A stretch of DNA of 64,000 bases from Azolla caroliniana (taxonomy: Eukaryota; Plantae; Polypodiophyta). The translations under genes and the position numbers were made by a program. This document shows, one piece after another, positions 1-12,875 of this stretch. A model generated the notes under the pieces. It saw nothing but the letters and a program-made list of their open reading frames with translations. It was not told the origin of the DNA and searched no databases. Within the stretch, counting starts at the first letter, position 1; the number at the start of each line of letters is the position of its first letter. The DNA is taken from the NCBI GenBank assembly GCA_043228905.1, contig JBHGNT010000089.1, forward strand, positions 30,288 to 94,287, given 5' to 3'.

Positions 1-1170
1 GATTGCAAAAGGAAAATGCCAAGGAAGAATGTTTGTTTTAGATCTGGATATGCCTAAAATGACTACAACCATGTTGCAGGAGGATTGAATGTAATCTTAG
101 ATCTAGAAATGTTGCATAAACAAATGGGACAAATAAGTATGCAAACTTTACAAAATATGTTGAAAAAAAATGTAGTGGCTGGGCTACCAAAGTTGAAAGA
201 CTATGAGATGGGCAAAATATGTGAAGCATGTCAATATGGAAAGAAAAATGGGTTGCTTTTCCCTCATGAAGGACATATAAGCAAAAACCTGTTGGATTTG
301 GTACATACAGATGTATGGGGACCTACAAAAATGCCTCAATTGGTGGCTGTAGGTTTTATGTAACATTAATTGATGATTGCTTAAAGAAAACATGGGTTTA
401 CTTCATGAAAAATAAAAGAAAAGTATTTGAATGTTTTCGTAAGTTCAAATGCATGGTAGAAAATCAAGCCGGAAATAGGATAAAATGCTTAAGGTCTAGA
501 AACATGGAAGATGTAGTTTCATATGTATCATTGGATGATGACTTGGGTACACAAGCCTTGAATATCCCTGGTATTGAAAAAGCACTGAAAGATGCAAATT
601 AGAAATTGAGAAGATTAGATAGAGAGAAAAAAAACTACTGAAAGATATGGTTATGATACCTACATGGCTATGAATTATGCATATATGTCTAAAGTGGTAC
701 AAATATCTGATCCAAATAGTTTTGATGAAGCAAAAACTGAGAAAAAATGGGTGAATGCAATGCAAGAAGAAATTGATGAACTGGTTGAAAATAAAAGCAC
801 ATCAGTTTATGCAGTAGCCCACAATGCCACATCTGGACTGCATTAGAAGAAACTTGAGGTATGTAAAAGCTACTCAAAACTATGGGCTATTTTACAGGGC
901 TGATCTGGACATAAAGGTAGAAGGATATATAGATGTTGATTGGGTTGGAAGTCAAACTGATAGAAGATCCAATAGTGGATATATGTTTACATTGGGAAGT
1001 GCAACTATTTCATGGAGTAGCAAGAAACAAGCTATAGTTGCATTATCAAGTACTGAAGCTGAATATAGAGGAGCTACAATCGCTACATGTGAGGAAGTAT
1101 GGATCAGAAGTTTGCTTCGTGATATGGGAGAGTATATAGATGGTGCAACCACAATTTGGTGTGACAATAT
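1..1170 (+). pseudogene. Decayed Ty1/copia pol fragment (GAG-pre-integrase, integrase start, RT end, RNase H), internally deleted
   Basis: Motifs ICEACQYGK, LDLVHTDVWGP, FYVTLIDD, WSSKKQAIVALSSTEAEYR and TIWCDN, with frameshifts and deletions. RNase H resumes at 6693. Confidence 0.9.
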
Positions 1171-1518
1171 TGTTGAGCGAGCAAGCTCAACCGGATCCGG
1201 ATCGGTTTCCGGATAGTACAGTAACCATTCGGTTAAGTGTGTGTCCAATTAAGTGTGCCATTATATTAAGTGCGCTTTTTTTTATAGATGTCAAATTCCT
1301 GTTCAAAAAAATTACATTATTTTATGACAAAATACATTGAACCAAATGGAAACTATGTTCCAAAAATTCAAAAAACAACAAAATCATCAATAAAAATCAG
1401 ATTTCTAAGTTCTTTCACAATTTCATACCAACATCATGTTTGGTCATTTGCCTACTTTTAGCGAGAACTTACAAAAAATGGCAAAAATTGAACAAAAATA
1501 GGATTTCTATGTCTTTCG

Positions 1519-3293
1519 CTATTTCATAACAAAATCATGTAAGGTCATTTGCCTACTTTTAGCGATACGCTTAGAAACAATGGCAGAATTTGCTTCTTGA
1601 ATAATTCTATGAGCACTCGATAAAGCTGATTTTACTTGCTTTGCTTTCTCGGAACTCAAATAAGTTGTTGTCATTATCGAGTTGAGCATGAGTTTGGTAT
1701 CAACAATATTTTGCAATACTTCAGGGTATCAACAATATTTTGCAATACTTCAGGAATAATCACATCTTCTTGCTTTAAGCATCCATGCATATCTTGCATC
1801 TCAACAAACTCAGAGTTTGAATCATTTTCATCATATGCAAGTGGTTCATTGGTGTTGGATGCTTGCGCTATAACTTCATCAATCTCTTCAAGGAGATTTT
1901 GATTTAGTTTTTCTGATTCATTTGCATCTGCATTGACACATTCCATGATTTCCTCTCGAATTTCTTCTACATTATGTGCATTCTCAAGCAAACTGCAGTT
2001 ACATAACAAAGCAACAAGATCATCAAGGCATTGATCTTCCATTTCAACAACTTCAACATCATTAATGCAGAATGATGGAATAATATCTACCTTTCTATAG
2101 CAATTAAAAAGTGTTTCTTGCTTGATCTCATTCCAAGCAATAACAATGAGATTGGCAACATCTAGCAAATGTGCCGACTTTCCAAAAGTTAAACCAATAG
2201 AACCTCTTCTCATTCGTTTAGCAACATCCTCCAAACGAATCTTAACATTTTCTGGACTATCATGATATGTCAAAATTTCTCTTATCAAACGATATTTGTA
2301 CCTCTTTTTCAATGCTGCAATAACTCCCATATCCATTGGTTGCTTCCATGATGTGACATTGGCTGGGAAAAAAATCACTTTGATAGCATCACGCTCAAAT
2401 ATTTCGGCATGACCAGGAGCATTATCAAGGATTAGAAGCACTTTGCGATTAGTTCGAGAACGAAAAAAAGGTACAAACACATGATCAAACCACTTATTAA
2501 AAGTAGGGATATCAATCCAAGCATTTTTTTGTGCTAAATAGGGTAATGGCCAAGAATTTCCAACAATACAAGCTAGTTCCTTAGCCTTTCCAATCATTGT
2601 AATGGGAACTTTTTCAGTTCCAGTCGCATTACAACAAACAACTAAGGTAACTCTATCTAGCAAATTTTTCCTACCTCGAATTGTTGTAGGATCTTCACTA
2701 GGCAAAAGCACTGTATATCTTGGAACTAATCGAAAAAATAAGCCTGTTTCATCCATATTGTAAACACAACTAGCATCATACTCATTGATTATAGCATAGA
2801 GCCTTTCCAAAGAAGCCAAAAATTCTGGGTCATTTCGATTAACTGCCCCTCCTTCGCCATACAAACTAATAGTATTCAAACATTGGCGATGACGAAATTT
2901 CCTAAACCAACCCCAAGTTGCTTTGAAATCATCATCACAAATATTCATTTGTGTAGGCAATCGCCGAGCCTTCTCCATAATAACTGATGGAGGCAATGCA
3001 ATTGACAATTGACGAGATGCATCAATCCAAGCATACAAGCGTTCCTATAATTCTGGATATTTCCCTTTGGATCCCCTAAAAGTTGTTTTCCTTGTATTAT
3101 GATCTTTTAATTGGACACACATTCGTATCTCATCCTTCTTCTCGATCAAACTTCTAATCGCTGATTCACTTACACCAAAATTTCTACCTATGTTGCGAAG
3201 AGGAGCCAATGGTTGTTCCACTATCTCCAAAATTTGTAGCCTTTGTTCATCATTCAAACGAGGTCCAACACCTCGCTTATGGGTTGAATTCAT
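1519..3293 (-). pseudogene. pogo-family transposase (CENP-B-type HTH + DDE_1, DD30D), disrupted
   Basis: YNMDETGL, LILDNAPGH and QPMD with 30 aa between the last two Asp. One in-frame stop at 3045-3047. A ~28-bp duplication near 1697-1753 frameshifts off the C-terminus, which ends in the PIP-box-like QMTLHDF. Confidence 0.9.
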
Positions 3294-3339
3294 CTCTGTA
3301 ATAAGGCCAATGGGCTAATTTCACATTGACTTATATCTA

Positions 3340-5060
3340 TTATTTTCTAATTCCCTAAACCGTCAATCTAATTTATGAACCCAATCAACAAATGTACTCA
3401 AATTCAATAGTAAAAACAGCAAAATACATTCACATACTCATCCACAATCAAATTATTTTCTAATTCCCTAAACCCACAATCTAATTTATGAATCTAATCA
3501 ACAAATGTACTCGAATTCATTAGTAAAAACAACACAAATACATTCACATACTCATCCACAATCAAATTATTTTATAATTCCCTAAACCCGCAATCTAATT
3601 TATGAACCTAATCAACAAATGTACTCGAATTCATCAATAAAAACAGCAAAATACACTCACATACTCATCCACTATCAACTTTTTTTCTAATTCCCTAAAC
3701 TCGCAATCTAATTTATGAACCTAATCAACAAATTTACTCGAATTCAATAGTAAAAACAACAAAATACATTCACATACTCATCCACTATCAATTTTTTTTC
3801 TAATTCCCTAAACCCACAATCTAATTTATGAACCTAATCAACAAATTTACTCGAATTCAGCAGTAAAAACAACAAAATACATTCACATACTCATCCACTA
3901 TCAACTTTTTTTCTAATTCCCTAAACTCGCAATCTAATTTATGAACCTATTCAACAAATTTACTCGAATTCAGAAGTAGAAACAACAAAATACATTCACA
4001 TATTCATCCATTATCAATTTTTTTTCTAATTCCCTAAACCCACAATCTAATTTATGAACCTAATCAACAAATTTACTTGAATTCAGCAGTAAAAACAACA
4101 AAATACATTCACATACTCATCCACAATCAAATTATTTTCTAATTCCCTAAACCCGCAATCTAATTTATGAACCTAATCAACAAATTTACTCGAATTCAAT
4201 AGTAAAAACAACAAAATACATTCAAATACTCATCCACTATCAACTTTTTTTCTAATTCCCTAAACTCGCAATCTAATTTATGAACCTAATCAACAAATTT
4301 ACTCGAATTCAATAGTAAAAACAACAAAATAGATTCACATACTCATCCACTATCAATTTTTTTTCTAATTCCCTAAACCCACAATCTAATTTATGAACCT
4401 AATCAACAAATTTACTCGAATTCAGCAGTAAAAACAGCAAAATACATTCACATACTCATCCACTATCAACTTTTTTTCTAATTCCCTAAACTCGCAATCT
4501 AATTTATGAACCTATTCAACAAATTTACTCGAATTCAGCAGTAGAAACAACAAAATACATTCACATATTCATCCATTATCAAATTTTTTTCTAATTCCCT
4601 AAACCCACAATCTAATTTATGAACCTAATCAACAAATTTACTCGAATTCAGCAGTAAAAACAACAAAATACATTCACATACTCATCCACAATCAAATTAT
4701 TTTATAATTCCCTAAACCCGCAATCTAATTTATGAACCTAATCAACAAATGTACTCGAATTCAACAATAAAAACAGCAAAATACATTCACATACTCATCT
4801 ACTATCAACTTTTTTTCTAATTCCCTAAACTCGCAATCTAATTTATGAACCTAATCAACAAATTTACTCAAATTCAGTAGTAAAAACAACAAAATACATT
4901 CACATACTCATCCACTATCAATTTTTTTTCTAATTCCCTAAACCCACAATCTAATTTATGAACCTAATCAACAAATTTATTCGAATTCAGCAGTAAAAAC
5001 AACAAAATACATTCACATACTCATCCATTATCAATTTTTTTTCTAATTACCTAAACCCGC
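3340..5060. repeat. 113-bp tandem repeat array inside the pogo element (~15 units)
   Basis: TTCCCTAAAC recurs at a 113-bp period (3691, 3804, 3917, 4030 ... 4934). Confidence 0.95.
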
Positions 5061-5789
5061 TGTCGTGCCTTTCGGCTCCGGATCGTTTGCGTGAGTCGGG
5101 TGGGAACCACTGGGGTTTTGGACTAGGAAGAGGAGAGTTTTAAGGCTAATAAGAATATAAATATGTTGTAAGAAAGAGTTATAGCAAACTCGTGAATCCC
5201 ACGAGTGTATTGTATTAGATTAATCAATATGAATATAAGAATATAAACTTCGGTTGAAAGAGAATGATATAGAATTCTCGTGAATCCCACGAGTATAGTT
5301 TATTAATTGGTGTTTTTTAGAAACATATCCAGTTTCCAAATATTTTTCACACACAATTACATTGTGCTTCCCATCCTTATGTAGTGATGAGGAAGTCTTA
5401 GTAATCCATGCTTTTTTTTTAACTATAGACCCCATGCTTTTCCTATAGATAGACTATATGCATTATCTAAAGTGATCATGCTTTTTTCTAACTTGTGCGT
5501 TTTTTATCATGCACGCTAGATGTGTATGTGTAGCTTTTTCTTTTGTTATGCATTTTTCTAATGTTTATCCTAGCATGAATTTACCTTTCTATGTGGGACA
5601 TCTATGCTTTAACACTAATGAAATGCTAGTGTAATGGTAAGACATTACATTATTAACATGGAGGTGCAAGGTTCGAATCTTGCCCTATGCATGTTCCATT
5701 TATTTTGCTATTTTCTTCTATTTCTTCATTTTTTATTGAATCTAATACTATATACGTTTTTCACGTAGTGTACAAAATACACTACGACA
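5061..5789. mobile_element. Solo LTR inserted in the satellite
   Basis: Termini TGTCGT...ACGACA and a 4-bp TSD CCGC (5057-5060 / 5790-5793). The satellite unit resumes in register after it. Confidence 0.8.
5625..5690 (+). promoter_or_regulatory. tRNA-derived Pol III A/B-box segment (not a functional tRNA)
   Basis: A-box TAGTGTAATGG and T-arm GCAAG-GTTCGAAT-CTTGC. No acceptor stem. Confidence 0.55.
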
Positions 5790-5793
5790 CCGC

Positions 5794-6017
5794 AGTCTAA
5801 TTTATGAACCTATTCAACAAATTTACTCAAATTCAGCAGTAAAAACAACAAAATACATTGATATACCCATCCACTATCAATTTTTTTTCTAATTCCCTAA
5901 ACCCGCAATCTAATTTATGAACCTAATCAACAAATTTACTCGAACTCAGCAATAAAAAGAGCACAAATACATCCACATACTCATCCACAATGAAATTATT
6001 TTTTAATTCCCTAAACA
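5794..6017. repeat. Two further units of the 113-bp repeat
   Basis: Same unit sequence as 3340-5060. Confidence 0.9.
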
Positions 6018-6692
6018 TTTGGCCTTAAAAAACCTGAAAATGCGCAGAAACTCTACATACCCGAAGAAGACTGTAGGTGCACAATAGTGTCTTGAGCAAC
6101 AATGCGGTGAAGCAGCAACCTTGTGACCAGCTACGTGGGATTGATTAAGGTGCAAAGAGGGTCTGATTGGTGGCTGTTGGGGCTACACTTACTCAAATGT
6201 GCAGAGAAAACAAAAATTGGGGTAAATATTTTTTGTGTGTAAAAAGCCCTAAGTGCGCGGCTCGATTAAGTGCGCACCTTTTCCTTCAGATCAAAGTGCG
6301 CACTTAACTGAATGTTTACTATGTCCGAAACTAGGAGCCGGATCGGAATTGGGGAGCCAGACCCACGTGTGTACCGGTAGGCCATTTAGAGGTCTACGCT
6401 TCTAGCCTACTAGGTAGTCATGGTCCTCGTAGTTAGTGTCAACCGCTCATATGAGCATTGAAGTACATAGTACTTCTGTTAGTCCCTTGTGGACTTGTAT
6501 AAAGAGTGCTCACTGAGCACATCCTATGTACAAAGTATTATTTTTTAATATAGTTTATGCTATTATGCTCTCTTTGTTTCTCCCACTCTCTATTTGTGTC
6601 TTGTAAGGTTTCCATTAAACCTGTACTCTCTCTATTGCTATCCAGCTGAACCGGTTTGTCATAAGCTTCCACATATTAACTTTTTCAAATAT

Positions 6693-7200
6693 GAGCAGTA
6701 TTTAGCTCGCAAAAAACCCAGTCTTGCATGCAAGAACAAAGCACATTGAAGTGCATTATCACTTTGTTAGAGAAAAAGTGATTAATGGAGAAGTAGATCT
6801 GTTGTATGTAAGTACAAATCAGCATGTTGCTGACGTTCTTACGAAGGGACTGAGCATAGAAAAACATACACAATTTAGGGACATGATGGGAATTATAAGC
6901 ATTGATATGATAGCTGGAAAGCATGATGGAAAAGAAGACTAAAGATGATCTCAAGAGTGGATAAGTTGAGCTTGGGGGGAGTGTTAAGAAACAAGCTCAA
7001 GAAAATCAATGTGATCCTTATTAGTAGCTGAGATCTTCCGTAGTAGCTATTGGGAAATTAGCTACTATTAGACATATCGATAAAACAACTATTTAGCTAC
7101 TCATAGCTAATTAGCCGAATATGTAAGTCACTTATATACTTAGGTAAAAAAAGTAAGAGTAAGTAGTAGAGAGAAGTAACAAAACAGAGAGAGATGTTTT
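6693..7200 (+). mobile_element. 3' end of the first copia: RNase H tail, PPT and start of 3' LTR (6982; end uncertain)
   Basis: HARTKHIEVHYHFVREKV...ADVLTKGL, then GGGGGGAG followed by TGTTAAG at 6982. Confidence 0.8.
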
Positions 7201-7239
7201 TTTATGCGAAATGAAAGAGAAGTGTTTTGGGCTGCTACA

Positions 7240-9433
7240 GAGGTGAGTTCCCTTCTCCCTTTCCTTTCTCTCTTGAAACCTAAATGATCCTAAGAAGAGC
7301 CGTAGCGCCTTCGTAACAAGCCTAAGCAAAGACCAAGTGTGCAAAGGGGAGATCGACCGAGACCAATCCAAGGAGTTGACAAGTTGGCCTTGTCGGAGGT
7401 TGAAGCAATGCGGGCCGGTGAGCCTAGAGGAAGTCCGAGGACGAGAAGTGTCCTCCACACCTGTTCCAGAGACTTCGACAATTTAGCCCGTGTGCTGACA
7501 TCAGAGAGATGGAAGGTGGCGGTGAGGAGACCTGGCATGATGGTAGCGAGGATAGAGGAGAAGAAGAGCTCTCCACACTTGTTCCGAAGACTTCGGCGAT
7601 CGGGCCCGAGAGCCAACGTGAGACGAGAGAGATGGAAGGTGGCGGTGAGGAGGCCTAACACGATGCTAGAGTACACGGAAGAGTGGTGTCCTATGAGGAG
7701 GCCAAGGACGAAGACACAGAAGAACAAGCTTATGATGAAAGGGGCGGCACCGTAGAGAGAAGAGTTGGAGGATGGCCTGACCGGGAGACGATCTGGTCAG
7801 CATTCCGATTCGGATGGAATGCAATCCGGACATGGATTGCTCGAGCAGAACCAGCCTGACATGCATTTAATCAGTCGAACCAAAGCAAAGAGGTAGGCAA
7901 GAATGATCGATTGAGGATGGGTTTGGACAAAGACCAAATGTGCCGAGATTCGGATGGCCAAGCCGAACTGACGTCGAACTAAGCCGGTCGGGGGTCGGAG
8001 TAGCAAATGGATACGAAGAAGGACCAAGAGGGATCCTCCACACCTGATCTTGAGACTCAGTAGTTGCGGATAAATGTAAGACCGAGAAGACGGAGGGTGG
8101 CGGCGAGGAGTATGAGGTCGTAGCAAGCGAAGGCACTAGAAGAAGCATACGGGGCGTTGTGGAGGAAGATGGAGGCCCAATGGGCCAATCGGTTCAAACG
8201 GGTGTTGCACAGGATGAGACGTCAATATCAGAGACTGTTGAGGACACCGAAGTGGACATGGATGTCGAGGTAGAAGTGTACCTTGCCAAAAGATTACACA
8301 CAGAAGGAAGAAACGAGAGACGTGCAATGCAGCCATGTAAAGGCTAGAGACGAGCATTGAGGAGATCGACGTTGGTGGGAAGCAGGAAGAAGATTTGCAT
8401 GCGACGTTGCCGGATCAACGAGCAAGGTTGAGGTGCATAAGGAACGGTTTCTGACAGACGATCGAAGTGGTTGGGCGTCCGGACGAAGGTCATGCACTGA
8501 GAATGAAGGAAGTCGCATCAGGTTAGTAACGACATTCGGGATATCTGGTCCTACTAACTAGAGAATGGTTGAGAATTAGGTTGGCCTGAGAGTCAACATT
8601 TCGGGACCGACAACGACAGATGCAGAAGTCGGGTGTCGGGTCAGCAACAGACCTGGTTGATCACCTTTGCCGGAAACCCAATCTTCTCTTCCCTTTCTTG
8701 GCACATTCCGGCGGATGTGCAATTTGGTGGGGTTGGATGTCGTGAAGATTTCTAGCGATAGTGAGAAAACTAGGTGGAATGAGCGAAGTCGGTGATGTGC
8801 ACCGTGTGCACATATGCATTACGAAATGCAAATAAAAATGAAAAGGAGAAAAGGAAGGGTGCAAAAGGGCACTGATAGAGTTAATGAGAGGAATGAGTGT
8901 GATGTGTACAACGGTCGACATGCACAATTATAGGGTAGTAGGGAATGTGAAAGTGAGGGGCATTAAATGTACTTCTCCCATCACCACTCCAGATATCGAG
9001 GCAAGTATCTCCTTGAAAAGGGGGATATTTGATCGACTTGTAACGTACCTCCCTTTTTGAGCTATAAAGGGAGAGAGAGGTCTCTTGTAAAAGGGGTTCC
9101 TCGGTTTTGTTAGTTCCCCGTTTTAGGTTTCGGTAGTTTTTTATCTCTCTGTTGTTTAGCTTACCGTTGTTTGATAGAGTTCGGGGTTCCATTTTTGTTA
9201 GGGTTATTTCAGCTAGAGCTAGCATGCTTTGAGGGTTTTGGTTCTGCACTGTCTTCTACGCAATGACTCCATTCGGTGCGGCGAGCCCGAGAGCTCCTTG
9301 AATGGAAACTTGCTAACAGAAGGTCGTTGTATTCTAGTCTACTCTCTCTGGCCTGAAGCCCGGAGGTGTGTTGTGTTGTTTCTATACATAAATATGTACA
9401 AAGGGTTGTCTATATTTTTCTTTGTCGGTGTCA
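7240..9433 (+). mobile_element. Unclassified GC-richer TE segment, possibly the 3' internal region plus LTR (~8873-9433) of a gypsy element
   Basis: Purine run ending AAAAGGGCAC then TGA at 8873, TATA-like CTATAAA at 9063, ~120-bp internal duplication at 7450-7670. No recognisable protein motif. Confidence 0.3.
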
Positions 9434-10259
9434 AATGTGTTTCTCTTCCTTTCCGGTTTTTGTACATAGGAAGCGTGTGTTGTGTAAGTGTTGCGGGTGT
9501 GCCAGGGGCACAAGACCGGGACATTTGAAACAGGTAATCTGTCGCATTTTGAGAACTGCCCATAAAAAAATGACACAAATTAGGGTGATTCACAAAAAGG
9601 GGTGCCACTATTCATTTCTAGCATGTACGAAAATTTAGGTGTTCAAAACAATGCTTAAATAATGGACATGCCAAACTTACAAATAAATGTCCAAAATGAC
9701 TAACACCAATATTTATAGAAATTCATGAATCCAAATCTTGATGTACAATACAATAATTAAAGTTAACATATAGGAACAATCGTTTTCCAAGTTTATGCCA
9801 TCATCTTCATACCCATCAAATGAACTAGTAGGAGTTTGTGAGGTCTAATCCTCATCATCAATGGCAACTAATGCATTATCTTCATCCAATTGCAATTCAA
9901 CCTCATCGTGGTTATGAGTCATGCATCTTGTTTGTCTTTGTGTTATGTCTGGAGCCACATTCGGGATCCTCTTTTAGTATCTTCATTGTCGTCTGTCGTA
10001 GATAGCCTGTTTTGGTCAAAGATAAGTCATACACCACTATACAAACATTATCCAATTTGAGAGTAGATGTGCTTGATGCATTCTTTCTTTTTCACTTTTT
10101 GTTTATGATATTTAATTATGTACTTTCTATTTATGATATTTGATTATGTGAGAGAAACCTACAAGCTACCATTTATTCTACCAAAAGCATTAGAATCTAA
10201 AAAATGTCGTAAAGATGCTTTTTTGTTTTCTTAGATTCTCATAGTAAGCCTTTGATATC

Positions 10260-11290
10260 AAACAAAAATCCAATGCATTACATCTTGATTTGATGCACTA
10301 TGTCAAATTTTACTCTATACATCTAGAATTCGATGTAGTGCATCGAATTCTTGTTGTAAGTCTTGGATTTTTTAAAAATTTTCCATTTAAAAAAAACTCT
10401 TGGATTTTCAACTGAGGCCCAATGCATTACATCGAATTCTAGCTATATAGACTAAAATAAGATACATTGCATTGGATTTCAGTTAAAAATTCACATTAAA
10501 AAATGAAAAAAAAAATAAAAAATGTTTTTTTAAAAACAATCTTGGATTTTTAACTCAAATCCAATGCATTGCATTTTATTTTAGTGTATACATCCAGAAT
10601 CTGATGCATTGCATCGAATTTCAGTTGAAAATCTGCAATTTGTTTATTTGTTTTCATTATTTATTTATTTATTCATTTTTTCCATAACAAAATAAAAAAT
10701 AAAAAAATTGAAAAGATGTATTATCAATTGAAATTCAATGTATTGCAACGAATTTTAGTCTATACAACTAGAATCCGATGCAATGCATTGTATTCCATGA
10801 AAAAAATGGATTTTCAACTGAAATATGATGCACTGCATCGGATTTTAGTCCATACAGCTAGAATTTGATGTAGTGCATCGGATTTCAGTTGAAAATCCAT
10901 TTAAAAATATTTTTTAAATGTTTTTAATTTTTTTCCATAAAAAAATAAATAAAAATGAAAAATATAGATTTTCAACTAAAATCCGATGTACTACATCAGA
11001 TTTTAGTCTATAGAGTTAGAATCCGATGCAGTGCATCAAATTTCAGTTGAAAATCCATTTTTTTTAAATTTTAATTTTTTTTCATAAATAAATAAATAAA
11101 AATTGAAAAAAGTGGATTTTCAATTGAAATCCAATGCAGTGCATTAGATGTTGGTGGAAAACTGAGTTTTTAAAAAAAATTCTTATTTGTTTTTACTTTT
11201 TCCACAAAACATTTAAAAAAAATCTTGGATTTCCAACTGGAATCCAATGCAGTGCATCGAATTCGTGTTGGAAATCCAAGAATTTTTTAT
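10260..11290. repeat. Array of ~90-bp self-complementary units separated by A/T tracts
   Basis: Recurring GGATTTTCAACTGAAATCCGATGCANTGCATCGGAT...TTCAGTTGAAAATCC; clearest copy at 10808-10898. Confidence 0.85.
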
Positions 11291-12875
11291 TTTCAACGAT
11301 TGGGCATTTACCCATACATCCTAATGACCGACAGATTAGACTCTTTAAAGCAATGCTTGATAATAGATAGAGCTGCTGCATTGTTTCTTCTTTAACAACT
11401 TTATTAGTTGCGGGAGGTTGATAGAATAATTGTTCTTGTCTGCTTGCGTAGACGACATATTAAAAAGGATTGGACCCTCTAGCCATGTAACCGTTAAGAC
11501 AGGTGCTACTCTCCTAGCAAGCAGAGTTGGTGGGCGGGATCTCGCTGCATCGAAAGATCAGTCTAATGCGAAGACCGCCCGCCAAAACAAAAACAAAATT
11601 GCATGATGCAGCTACTCAGTAGTCAAAAATGTCTGCATTGACACTACGTGAAGAACAGGTTCAGGGTGCGTGGGAAGAACCGCAACAGAGTGAAGTAGGA
11701 TTGAACTCTTCATCCAATGCCATTTCCTAGGCAGCAATCAATGATTGAACCTGAGACGTTTACCCATCCATCCTCTAAAAGATTAGACTGCGGCTTTCAA
11801 TATTAATTTATAGAATAGCATAGAAATGAAAAAAACTCTGCACTGTGGGCTTCATTGTTGCAGCAGATTCGGCATGCTGATGTAGCGGGGAGGACTCTCT
11901 TTCACCATTACTGCCTGCATGCGCGAAAGGAAAGTAGCTAATCTCAGAATTTTTTTGAGGTGGTGGTAGTGTTCGGTGGCGAAGAAAGTGGTTGATGGTG
12001 ATATTCTTATTCATCATTTATAAAAGGATCATCCATAAGAGGATTATCATATGCAGTATAACTATGTAACCGGGCGGGGAAGGCAGTTGAAGCTAGATTT
12101 TCATTTGTCGCTGCTTCTTTCTGTTGTCGAAGAACGACGACTTCCCCTACGAGATAGGTCTGTATCAATTTGTGTTTCGGCATCAGTTGGCCTTTCTTCA
12201 GTTTGTGTTTCGACATTGTTGTTTTGATCAACGGGAGGTACAAGAACCTCATCAACACTGTCAGTGGTAAGAACATTTGTATTTTCCACGTAAACCTATT
12301 GGGAGGTATAATATCACTGTCACTCTCTCTCTCTCTCACTCTCTCACTCTCTCTCTGCCGTTGCGTTGCGTCTCTCTAACGGCTCTCTCTGCCGTTGCGT
12401 TGTTGTCGCTGTCGTCGCCGTCGCCGTCACCGTCGCCGTCGTCTGCAGCCACTGCAGCCGTCGCCGTCTGCTCTCTCTCTCTCTCTCTGTCTCGCTTCCT
12501 CGTCTCTCTCTGCTGTTGCTGTCGCCGGCTAGTGTTGTCGCCGTTGTCGTCGTCTGTCGTTATCTGCGGCCGTGGCCGTCTGCTACCGTCTGCAGCCGTC
12601 TTCTACAGCCTGCCGTTGTCTGCTGTCGTCTGCCGTCTGCTGCCGTCGTCGGCCGTCGTTTGACGACTGCCACCGTCGCCGTCGCCGTCACGGGGTGTTT
12701 CTTCTCCGTTTTCTCTTGATGTGGTGAAGTGCCATTTTCTTGACGAGTTCGTGGGTGGTTTCTTTTGGTGTGCTCGTCGCGTGCTACAAAATGCCGATGT
12801 GATTGCAACATACACACAAACTCGGCTAAGTCTCGAACCCATTTATTTTACCTTTTTTTTCTTATTGACACCACA

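Larger units (their letters stand above)
1219..6321 (-). mobile_element. pogo/Tigger-like Tc1/mariner DNA transposon
   Basis: ~23-bp TIRs CAGTAACCATTCGGTTAAGTGTG / CGCACTTAACTGAATGTTTACTA, TA at 1217-1218 (right copy reads TG), subterminal TTAAGTGCGC repeats at both ends, internal transposase. Confidence 0.88.
1171..6687 (+). mobile_element. Copia solo LTR (1171-1218 plus ~6324-6687) split by a pogo insertion
   Basis: TG...CA ends and TSD AATAT at 1166-1170 and 6688-6692. Removing it restores RNase H CDNMSSI*LAKNPVLHARTKH. Similar to the LTR at 19857-20282. Confidence 0.88.

Noticed and set aside
1674-3038. Domesticated CENP-B/TIGD host gene
   Set aside because: It is flanked by TIRs, nested in an LTR, and has a stop and a frameshift.
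5625-5690. Functional tRNA gene
   Set aside because: No acceptor stem or convincing anticodon arm.
3340-6017. CRISPR array or telomeric array
   Set aside because: Units are full-length tandem copies with no unique spacers, and CCCTAAA occurs once per unit rather than in tandem.
10260-11290. CRISPR-like palindromic repeats
   Set aside because: Spacers are A/T tracts or repeated themselves, there are no cas genes, and the context is eukaryotic TE DNA.
12170-12842. ORFs in the GTC/GCC-rich stretch
   Set aside because: Low-complexity LINE 5' region that is open in many frames by composition.
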